DNA of 64,000 nucleotides, taken from assembly GCF_964355755.1 (NCBI RefSeq), contig NC_092678.1:3240422-3304421 (forward strand), read 5' to 3'. A program made the position numbers and the translations under genes. This stretch comes from Antedon mediterranea (lineage: Eukaryota > Animalia > Echinodermata). Shown here in pieces: positions 37,801-48,000 of the stretch. The notes under the pieces are model-generated. The model made no database searches. It was given only the letters and a program-made list of their open reading frames with translations, and was not told where the DNA came from. Each line of letters opens with the position of its first letter. Position 1 is the first letter of the stretch.

Positions 37801-39898
37801 TTGGTTAAATTATAGTCACGATAGTCAAAGGAAATAATTTATGTGTGGTTTAGTTGCAACTTATTATTTTCTTATATGATTGCTACTGTATTACAAATAT
37901 CTGAGAATTTACGAAAGTTGTTGCATGTAAAGAGAGACAAGTTTGTGTGTCAGCTTTGTGGTTTATCAATTAAACTCCTGTATTTTTATATTATTATGAA
38001 AACTAACTTTTCCCAATAAAAAAATGTTCTTTTTTTAAAAAACTATTTCTAAATTTTGTTTTTTTAACCCCTAATGTCTGTCTGTTACGTCAAGTAGACA
38101 GACACATAAAAAGAATTTAAAAAAAAGTGTAACCATGCATGTACGCTTTATGCTTCAATCATATGTCCATGTTATGCGCGATTTGAACGATTTGCGCAAT
38201 TTGAAATTGCGCAAAAAAAATCCTTGCGCAATTTGAATTGAAACATGTGTTTCAAATTGCGCAAGCAACGTATTAAATTGCGCAAGTAATCTGCAAATTG
38301 CGCAAGGTTTTTCGACAGATTGTGAAATCATGTACACCCATATTTTTATAGTAATTTCTAAGAATGATTCAAATTTAAAGATAAATATCGCATTTCCTTA
38401 TTTTAGTAGTGCAAATATTGTTATAAGTTAGCATACCGTCGAAGAACCGACGAAGGAAAACGAAGCGGTGGTGTTCCACCAGGCGGGCGCGGCGCGGGCG
38501 GCCGGCTATACTACTCTAGCCTAGCTAGGGTCTGGACTACTGATACTGACTAGGTTACATGGCCTAGCTTAAACTAATATTAAAAACTTAAAAAGTGAGT
38601 ATTAAACATTATCTTCATTGAAATGGTCTTATTTATATAATAAAATACTAAATTTTAAACTCCTCTGCCTAGGCCTAGCCTATAGCCATGTATGGGAAAA
38701 TTTACAGTTCGTTTTCAAATTGCGCAAAGGTGTCATATTGCGCAAGAACTATCTTGCGCAATTTACAAATTGTGCAGCGCAATTTAAAATTGCGCAAAGA
38801 TTTTCTTGCGCAATTTGAAATTGCGCAAGTTGATTGCGCAATTTGAAATTGCGCAAAAAAATCCTTGCGCAATTTGAAATTGCGCAAATAATTCTTGCGC
38901 AATTTAAAATTGCGCAAGGATTTTTTTGCGCAATTTCAAATTGCGCAAATCGTTCAAATCGCGCATAACATCCATAAACGATACCACTTTGGAATTTCAG
39001 AAACCTATAATATAAAAAATACTGGCAGTTTTATCATTTATATATGCAGTGAGTATAAATATAAAATAAAGAATGAATTATATTCAGGTTCATTAAAATA
39101 ATAATTGATTAGTTTAACACGACAATTAATATTACAATAGTTCAAATAGAATATATTAAATTGTATGTACGTTAATATTCTAAAAATATATTTGTTCATC
39201 AAACAGGGGATCCAACCTGACCCTCTCTCCCAAAACAAAACAGGCCAACCAACTAGGGCCTAGATGTAAACAATGCAAATATCACACACAGATGTGTAGT
39301 TTCTGAGATGTAAAAGTCCCACCTTATCTAGGCTTAAATCGAATAAATTATAAATTATATTAGGAAAGCTCTATTTATTGGTGAAATCGGTGCTTAATCT
39401 ATCCTATACAATAAAGACAGCTGATGCAGTGGGTTTACAATGTGATAAAACCGCTAGCCTCTATTCACTACAAACAGGCCTATCCAGCCTGTTGTTGAAT
39501 TACGAAACCGGGTCCTACGCCAATATGCCTTTTAATTTTAAAAATATTAATGAAAAAATAAAAATATAGGGTGTATGTTAACACAAATATAAAGGATACC
39601 AGTTCTATGAAGTTTCATCGATTCGGCTCTGCCATTTCCCCTATTCGCCGATTCCACCCCCGAACCAACCGCTTCAGCAGTGCTTTCTGTATCTGAAATA
39701 GGCGAAAACACACAGGGGTCGAAAAATTAAACATATTATTTTTGGGCCATTAAAACACATAATTAAACACCATCAATACTACTAAATGTATTATAAACTT
39801 AAGTTACCATTTGACTCCTCAGAAAATGCTACATCAGCCCAATTCGACCAAGACTGGCCTAAAAAATTAGTTGGGCTACAAGACTTCGGATTCGCCAT
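13856..39898 (-). CDS. ATXN7: Ataxin-7 / ATXN7-like (Sgf73) SAGA deubiquitinase-module anchor, complete CDS
   Basis: Phase-consistent exons (minus): 39898-39808, 39692-39600, 32019-31915, 28496-28129, 26780-26540, 24667-24588, 24097-23790, 23032-22858, 21243-21122, 20478-19674, 18035-17837, 14175-13856. Motifs: SPTNFLGQSWSNW; ZnF-Sgf73 DISLFGICPSQDQFYLVVCEQCGQVVKPQGLKHHIDARH; SCA7 domain REYDPNKHCGV..KPCLRSLTCKTHALSLRRKVPGR; QPKPIAVCHYGSHHVGRGVYLFDRR. Confidence 0.93.
14279..15760 (+). pseudogene. Decayed pogo/Tigger DDE transposase in the last ATXN7 intron
   Basis: Frameshifted and stop-interrupted fragments KLKASNGWLSHFKIRH, PKDRVTVLGCTN, NNAWMD, KIVLLLDNSPAHP and FLPPNTTSLIQRMDQ (about 14920-15740). 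A TA|CAGTAAAACCC left end at 14279 is tentative. Confidence 0.85.
18585..19428. mobile_element. Second, diverged copy of family B non-autonomous DNA transposon
   Basis: TA-CAGT...ACTG-TA ends. Shares blocks such as CCAAATTTCATTCTCAC, GATACTTGTCTGG, TTCACAATGTGGCCGTATAAT and CTAGATAGGTACTCTGTA with 4621-5673. Confidence 0.75.
21259..22438. repeat. Minisatellite, 56-bp unit, about 21 near-identical copies, abutting an ATXN7 3' splice site
   Basis: CAGTGCTGTT recurs at 21261, 21317, ... 21541, ... 22381. Confidence 0.97.
22658..22797. mobile_element. MITE with about 30-bp imperfect TIRs
   Basis: GCTTGGCTCCCACTAGAGATGCAAC at the left end and GTTGTTTCTCTAGTGGGAACCAAGC at the right end. Confidence 0.75.
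23114..23648. mobile_element. TA-flanked CAGT-ended non-autonomous element with internal CTACGA motifs
   Basis: TIRs CAGTACAGAAAGAAAATACTGC and GCAGTAATTTCGTTCTGTACTG. Related sequence lies at about 27810-28010. Confidence 0.7.
24719..24830. mobile_element. MITE family A, one end truncated
   Basis: AAGCTCTATCTACACTATCAAACTTTATGTG...CCATATTTGGG. Confidence 0.8.
26875..27016. mobile_element. MITE family A copy
   Basis: AAGCTCTGTCTACACAATCAAACTAGTTTGAC...TGTCACATAAA. Confidence 0.75.
28708..29240 (-). mobile_element. 5'-truncated LINE 3' end (Rex1/Babar- or CR1/L2-group-like) with a (TCTTA)n tail
   Basis: ORF 28875-29231 resembles a post-RT C-terminus (FHQSVILSVVTFNCVVWY..D.SHPL..SGR..TTRCRKSF). 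It is followed by AATAAA and TCTTA repeats. Confidence 0.8.
31559..31786. mobile_element. MITE with about 30-bp imperfect TIRs
   Basis: GTATTCTTAAACCAAACTTTAGTCAAAGTT at the left end and AACTATGACTAAAACTTGGCTTAAGAATAC at the right end. Confidence 0.7.
33560..36290. repeat. Minisatellite, about 20-bp unit (GATATTGGTARAAGKTNCCT variants), about 135 copies, with higher-order blocks
   Basis: GATATTGGTA recurs every 19-21 bp. A block at 34181 recurs at 34841 (660 bp) and a 141-bp period is seen at 35921, 36062 and 36203. Confidence 0.96.
38170..38970. mobile_element. 801-bp non-autonomous element with TGT...ACA ends, about 65-bp TIRs and a 4-bp TSD (TCCA), Ginger-like
   Basis: TCCA|TGTTATGCGCGATTTGAACGATTTGCGCAA at the left end and TTGCGCAAATCGTTCAAATCGCGCATAACA|TCCA at the right end. 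Confidence 0.85.
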
Positions 39899-40060
39899 TT
39901 CTCTCCTGTCGTGTTTCGCTAGCCATATTTACCCATCAGGCACTGCGAATGACGTAATCAGCGGGATGTACAAAATGTCTTTAAATCAAGAGAAAAGGGG
40001 TATTTTTTCGATAAAATCGCAAATTAAAATTCTCAAGCACTTCAAAAAAGTATTATTTCG
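39899..40060 (-). promoter_or_regulatory. Probable ATXN7 promoter / 5' UTR
   Basis: CpG-richer segment directly upstream of the AAATGGCG start context, with a CRE/ATF-like TGACGTAA near 39950. Confidence 0.45.
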
Positions 40061-42072
40061 TCTAGTAACTAACTAATTATTTATTATCTTAATTTCTATA
40101 TTTATTATCCCCATATTTAATTAAAATTATTAATTAAAAGTCATGTTATTATAGGCCTACTTCACAACTTTCCTTTATAACATGTTAATTTATTTTCTTT
40201 TTATCACTTCAGATAAAGATTTTTGTTTATTTCAATAGCTTTAATTAATTAATTAATTAATTAATTAAAGAGCTGATTTGACTGGTTTGGGTTTCTTACA
40301 ATTGAATAGCCCGATTCAGTAATTATTTCTCTGTTATTATGACATCTGTCATTTTGGGTGTAAAATTTAAATTTTCTCAATCTATTAATTTACGCGGTAC
40401 CTACAGTATATATGCTTTTGTTGAATTTAAAATTTAAAAAACCTGTTTTTTAATGTTTAGTACCAAATTGACAAAACGACCACTTTGATGATTATTTTGG
40501 AACACTTTGGATGGGTGCCAAATTTTTGGAAATCTAGTTACTTTAAAAAAAAACATGACCTGCCGATACATAAGGATTTATCAGCCACGAATAAAGTGTT
40601 TCATTATCAAGAACATAGGTCATAGGTTAATGTCATGTTTGTAAAGTTTATTTTATGTTTTCTTACAGAAAACATTAAAAATAAAGAAATTGAAACACAT
40701 TTAAATAAATATGGAAGGTCGACTCTTTATAATTAGTTTATCATCATTAGTATGTACTCAATATCCTTTCTTTAATTAAAAAAAACAAGAATATAAAGAG
40801 TCATCTACTATTGATAAAATGCATACAAAAAGACAACAGAGACGGAGTGCAATTCTAGTGTTTTATTCTTTGTACCGCTAACATAATTAAATATAAACAT
40901 AAAAGAATGGAATCTTTTACCAACTGAAACTAGAACAAAAGTAACTGGGAAACATATTTATAAACTCAAAAATATAGCAACTCTTATGTCATCCAAGTGA
41001 TCCTACATTTGTTATATTTAATTTTTTATATTTTATTTGTTTTTAACTGTTCTGTATATATCTTTTAAATTAGGCCTACTGTGTATTTATGTTATAATTT
41101 TTATTTACTTTTAAACTTATAACTGGACCATTTTGGAAAGCAGTACTGCGTTACTGAAAATGCAATCCAGTCAAAATAATAAATAAAATAAATAAATAAA
41201 TATCAATAAATAATTGGACGGAATTGATTGATAAAAATCTCATATAAAAAATTTATTTTGTTATCTTTATAAAATGGACGGAGGAAAATCATGTATAATG
41301 ATGTGTATTACATTTTAGTAAATTTATTATGAATTAAAATTGACGGAACAATTATTTGTAAAATAATATATACAAGTTTTTTTGTTGTTGACGCATCATC
41401 ACATATGAAAATATACTTCTATATTTAAATAAAAAATATTTACAGACATCTACATATTTAATTATCAGAGCAAATCTAAAAGCTATTATAAATAAGAATT
41501 GTTTCTAGCATATTAGTATTATTATTTCCATTTTTAAAACTATGCTACATAAAAATATTATTTAGTCTAGGACTATTAAATTTTTTTTTATCTAGTACTA
41601 TACTACCCGTATTAAAGCAAAATTACAGTACAATGGACTGAGGTACAGTAAGTAGCATTGTGTTTAGGCCACATACAAACATCTTCAGAAGCCTCTTGGA
41701 GTAATGTACTGTTTTTGCATTTGTATACACTTTCAGCGCATTGTCAAATAAACTATATAAACAAATATCTATACTGATATTAATAGCAATTTTAAGTATA
41801 TCTCTTTATCATTATTTATATTATATTTTTCTATAAAAGCACTTGTTATTGTTTCAAAGTAAAAGAAACTTGTATTAAAATTTTAAAAGATTGTCTTAGC
41901 ATGAATTCACTTGCGTTATTCAAAGTTGACTGATATTGCTGACAGTCAACTGTCTATTTTTACAATCTATTTCAACAAACAGGACTTTTAACGATCATAA
42001 TATGGATCTCCCAAGAAATGAAATATTGGAACCTAATTAGGTGATCCAAACATTTCAATACACCTCAGGGTT

Positions 42073-45000
42073 CTAATCATCCAGCTGACATAAGATGGCA
42101 ACACCTCGGTTAATCCAGTGTTTTTGTGGGCAATCTGATGGTAGCTCGATGTGTAGTATAAAATTTGTGGAATGTCCAGTTGTTGACAAAGTTCCTCTGC
42201 GTGCACTGGTCTTGTAAGCTGCGAAGAACAATCAAAGATAAGATAAGATAAGATAACTTTTATTGATCCTCAAAAAGGAAATTCATTGCTCGTCATAATA
42301 ACTAAGAAAACACTATAAAAACAAATATAGCATAAAACCATTCATATAAAAACATCTAAAAAATTATAATATAAAATTATCTTCTTGACTTCCTGTTGTA
42401 CTGGATGATACCGGAGGGAATAAAGGATTTAGCAAATCAATTTGTTTTCACACTGAGGAGCCTCAATCTACCACTTGGATTAAGTTGGTCTATGATCACT
42501 TTGTTAACTACCATTAAAATTAGCATAGTGGAGGCTTATAATTGTCTTAGTTATTAAACTAATTAATAATTAATACTTCTAAATGATAAAAAAATAAGCT
42601 TGAAGAAATATATGCTTGTCTCTGGGTTGAAGAGCACCGAGACTAGGGTAGGTACAGTACATCTTACTCTTCTATAATAGAAACCATTGGGCTAGCCTAA
42701 TATATTTTGAATAGTTGAAAAAAGAAACATCTGGTTTTGGAAGAGTTTTTGGTTGTCAGTAATCTTGTAGTAGTTTTTCTTACCAGGACAGGAATAAGTA
42801 ACCTGCTCAATAAACTTTGACCTTTCTTCTGGTTTCAACCACAGCTGAGATTGCAAATTAAGGATGAATAGGTTTATTAAACATTGCATAAATCAATTCA
42901 GTTAAACTTTATTATCATAAACTCCGGGGAAATCAATCGTAACTAATATAAAAGTATTGAATAATACCACAAACAACAACGAAGGATACAATTGGTAATG
43001 TATCGTAAAGTATCTTCGGTAATGATTCATTGAGAACAAGTTTCTCTCGACACCAACGTGCACCTTCCAAGAACAGACCCTTCACATAAACACCATCAGC
43101 CTGATAGAAAAACATATTATATTGTTCACTGTTAGCTTAGCGAATAACCACTAGTAAAGTAAGGTTTGATGTAGACCACACATTTCCAAAATGTACTTCT
43201 TCTAATTCTGTACAACATTTTCTGGAGGTTTCAATCACTTTTTGACAGAGGCCTTTGACAACCCTGCTGCTCAGACAGAAGATTGTTCCCTTTTTTGCAA
43301 CCACCACAACACTTTAAAGCTCTGTCATGATGTTATACATTTAAGCATATCACTACCATCTTTGGGCCCATTTATATGAAAAATATATTGTATGAAAAGT
43401 ATATATTAAGGGTCAAGGGGTCATAGGTTTATTCTACAATGAATCAAATGTTAACATCTCTCACAGGTTTTGATGGCATCTCAGTTTCTTGGCTCATAAC
43501 TTCAAACTGGAACCCTAGTTGGTCAATCGGTATCTGGTAACGTCTCGCAAAGTTCTGCATTGTGCCCGTCAGGAAAGACTGAGTGAAGTAAAATCCTGAC
43601 ATCCAGAATACTGTTGGAACACCGCCTTGTATCCATTCCTAGAAAAAGACAAGGCAAGATTTATAAAAACAAATCTTCAGATTGCGACAACCTTAATAAA
43701 ATACTTGATTTTTACAAATAGTGACCGTTTGCACTAAATAACAATTTTTTTACCGGAGATCACTTTTAACAAACTTTACCATGTGATTAAGACAAATTTG
43801 TAAATTTACTTTAAATTCTTGTAGTCTTGCCATAAGGTCAGTGACATAACTTCCTAGTGGTTTCAATGAAGGATATGATTTGGCTGCCCACATGGCTGGA
43901 ACCTGTACAAAAAGAAACAAATGGTAAATTACAATCGAGTAACTTGATTATACTTCGGAACCGAATGTTACGATAATAATCAATATAAAACAATAGATAA
44001 AACCAAAAGATTCACCTTGCCCACCATCATACTATCAAAAACATCTTCAAGTTCGGCAGACATCACCACTAGTCCTTTGATAGCCTTCCTGATGTTCACC
44101 AGACTGCTTCTGATTACACTGATGAGTCGGTTGAACCTAATCAACTCTTGTAAAAGAACTGTGTTCATCGACTCCTCATATCTCACAGGATACTTTGCCT
44201 TCAAAACAAAATTTATAAAATGATTTTATTTTGTAACTCAACTAACAAACTTCTAGCTTGTACTACTAAACAGGGGTGAATATAGCCAACTCCTGAATTA
44301 TGTCTTGATATTTTGATAGAATTCTGCCAAAACAAAAAGAAATTTAAACTACCATCTTACCTTCACTTCCTCCAAGTTGAAGTTTGAAGGAACTTTTGAC
44401 AGAATGTCTGAAGCAAGATCATCAATTACCTGCTGGGAAGATCTGCCACCTCCAGAAGCCTACAGTAGGAAGAACAAATAATTACATAATTTAATGATAC
44501 GATCACAGAGGTTCCTAACGAAGAAATCAACTATTACAATAGAAACAAATAGCACAAAAACAACAAATGTGCATTGTTCCGTTGTGTACATAAACAAACA
44601 TAAAACAGTAAAGTAAATTGTGCTTATCAAAAAATACAGTAAATTCTCTCAATAACGGACTCTCTGAAAACCGGAAACTCTCACAAAACTAGACATTTCT
44701 TAAGGCCCAAAAGGTCCCAAATTTGTTTTTAAAAACACATTCTGAATATCAGACTTTCCAAAAAACCAGACATATTTGGCCAGTTGAAAGGTGTCGGGTA
44801 TTGGGAAAGTTGACTGTAATATAACACAGAACAACACATACAAAAAAACACAGCACATCCCATATCAAGGGTACAAAAACCACCGAAAAATATAGTGCTA
44901 TTAACATCATCCAATCTGTGCAAGTGCAGCTACTAACATTTTGGTATAATAAAACTACAGTACTTTATGGTTCAAAAAGTAGATGAAGATAAAATTAAAT

Positions 45001-48000
45001 TAGTTGAAAGTGATCATGCCACAAACAAATATCACGCATACACAAGGCAATGGATGCTACAAAAATCAGTCACATAGTGCTACAACTCCAGGTGCTACAA
45101 CTCCAGGTGCTACAGCATGCAACATGTGCTGTTATACCAAAACCAAGTTTAATATATACCTCTCCAGCCTGTGATACCATGCAAAGCAAAAATGAAGCAA
45201 AAAACAAAACAGAGAGAAATAAAGAAATATTATTAATTATACTATTATATTATAAATATACTTTCTTGTGTAAATAAATTATAGTGTCAGTATTCTCAAC
45301 AAATGTAAAAAATAAAATTGCATGTGCATCCTACAAGCCAGAAGCCCAATTGCCTCCTCACCCCACGTGCTTACTAAACTTCAAGATCTGATTTTTATGG
45401 TAAAAATTACGTGAAACCAAACACCAAAATAGCTGACGCAAATACCTAAATTGTCTCAACCCAAAACCAAATTAAGTTATGTGTAACCTTGTAATTTACC
45501 GACAATTCATCCCATGGACGAACAATAACACGAGGTAAAAGTGAATATTGGGTATCTGTTGGTTTAGGCGTTAGATGCAACTGTGGAGGGTCAAAGTTCA
45601 TTTAATGAAAAACAATAGTTTTAGCATGTATTTCAAATGTTATCTGAAGAGCAGTTTGCCTCATTGTCATTAATAAATCAGATTCTATATTGGTTTTCTT
45701 TTGGCCATGGAAATGCATGTTTACTTTATGCATTCTTTGCTTCCTTTAGATCACTGCACAATGTATAAATTTCACATAATACTATTTAAAAATGGCGTAT
45801 ATTGTTTAACTCTTTCTTTACCTGTCTTGGTAGAGTAAGTAAAATACCACCAAACAGTTGTTGCGTTTCTTGCTGGTCTTTTGTTATGTCTGCATTCTCA
45901 TGCAAACCAAAAACCTGCAAAAATATAACAATAGTTTCACATATATTATTTATTTGACTTTTATTATTGGTTGCAGCAAATACCAACAGTATTGTGCTAT
46001 GTACACATTCTCTTAGGTGCGAAGAGTCTGTTAAGAGGCGTGAAACTGATCCGAGACTAAACAGGACACTAAGCTCGGCTTTCCAAGATAGAAACTCGTA
46101 CAGTCCTTTGATCTTATGTCTGGCTGCAACAAATACCAGCAGTACTGTACTATGTACACATTCTCTCTCCTCGCACAGTGTCTGTTAAGGGGCGTTAAAC
46201 TGATGGTGTCGCAGCCACAGATAAACCCTTTCATCTCCGGAACTCAGCATCCTGTTGTTAGATTGCCTTGCTGTCAGTATATATGTCAGTACCAGTTTAT
46301 ACACATTTGACAGTTCAATACATTTGAACATAACTGACCATACAATCTTCCAACTAATAACAAGCACACTACTAACCTCAGGATGTGGGCTGAGCGGCAG
46401 ACTCCTAATGTACTCCAAGTAGCTGGAATACTGACCATCTTGTGGACAATAGTAATCACCACTTTCGGAAAACTTGTACTTCTCTTTATCGATGACATTC
46501 TTGTTGTAGAAATTTATAAGCAAGCTCATTATCAACCGTCTGTCTTGGTCATCGGTCACTCGTCCACCATAGTTGCACTCACCGGTTAAGTAGACGAGTG
46601 CTTCAAGAGGAACCTCATCATAATCATTGAGAAACATCTGTCGAGAAAATAAAAGTAAAGATATTGTACAATAAACTGTTACAAAAAACAAAGAAAATTT
46701 CGTCAACCAACTATACTATATATTTTAACGAGATAAAAAATAACAAACCTGTAATTGTCGTACGCTTATTCTAAGATCCGATTCGTTGAACTCGTAAGGT
46801 GTATTCCATCCCAATGGACCAAATTTACGCCTCTCCTGAACAACACCGTGGAAGAAGCACAAACCACACAGGAGTTTCTTCCAAACCTACGTAGAGATCC
46901 ATAATATTAGTCATTGTAAACACATTGATGCATTTGTCATTTGCAATTGATGGAATATTATTATGAAATGAAATACAACAAACCTCTTTCTTATTGCACC
47001 CATCAAAAAATACAGGATCAGAGATAGGATCATTAAGATAAGATCTCAAAAGATTAGCTCTTAATCCCTTTGGTGGTTCATTTGTCATCTTAATCCCATT
47101 CTGCAAGATTGAGACCGGGAATGACGGTGATGGATAACTTGTTAACCACAGACGGAATGTAGGTTTGTTGCGGTCAGGATCTGTGATGACTTCTTCACAT
47201 ATCTTCTCCAGTGTAGGTAGCCATGAGGTTGCTAAGTGACAGTTCTGTAACACAACCCAAGTGCCTTCATCAACCGCCTGCAAGAGGAATTATTTGTAGG
47301 TAAAATAAATGAATCTACCAGCATTCAATGCTCCATATTGGTGTGAAATTCAACAGCCATTAAGCAACTTAGGCATTCCATGCTATGCACACTTGGAGAG
47401 ACTTCTTTTCCATTTTTAACTGAACGATGCCAGAACAAATAGAGATAAAAAATGTGCAGTACACACCTTGTCAATCATAGTAGCAGCGATTGGTCCTTGT
47501 CCCTGGCCCAATGAGATGGTTTGAAGTCCGGTACCTCCCATACCTTATGTATAAATGAAATGAATGGTTTTAATAGAAATAAAACCATTGCTTAATATGC
47601 ATCATTCTGATATATATAAAGAGAAAGTTTAAATCTGTTTTCAAATTGAATCATAAGCGATATTATGCGAGTATCTTTTAATCTAATAAACTATCCGCAA
47701 TTATAAAACTACAACTACTGTATACCTGTGAATTCCGAATAAATTAAAGTTAGATATTATTGAATTGAGTGAATCAAATCTATTGCTTAACCATTAAGTG
47801 TGTAACAACATGCAATTATGTGGTAAGTGTTGCTGTGTTTGATATTATGTGCAAGTGTGTTATCATGTGTGGGTGTTTTATCTTTACATCCACATGTCAA
47901 TCTCCATGCTTCATTCTTTATCAAATTATTATTTAGAAAATGTGTGCATACATAAAATATAATCTGAAATATGTAACAGGCTGGAAAGGAGGAGAATGAG

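Larger units (their letters stand above)
32020..39599 (-). other. U12-type (minor spliceosome) GT-AG intron of ATXN7
   Basis: 5' splice site GTATCCTTT (39599-39591) and branch site TTTTCCTTAAAT (32042-32031) just upstream of the AG, with no pyrimidine tract. Splicing restores ESMKLHRT-D-ISLFG. Confidence 0.9.
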
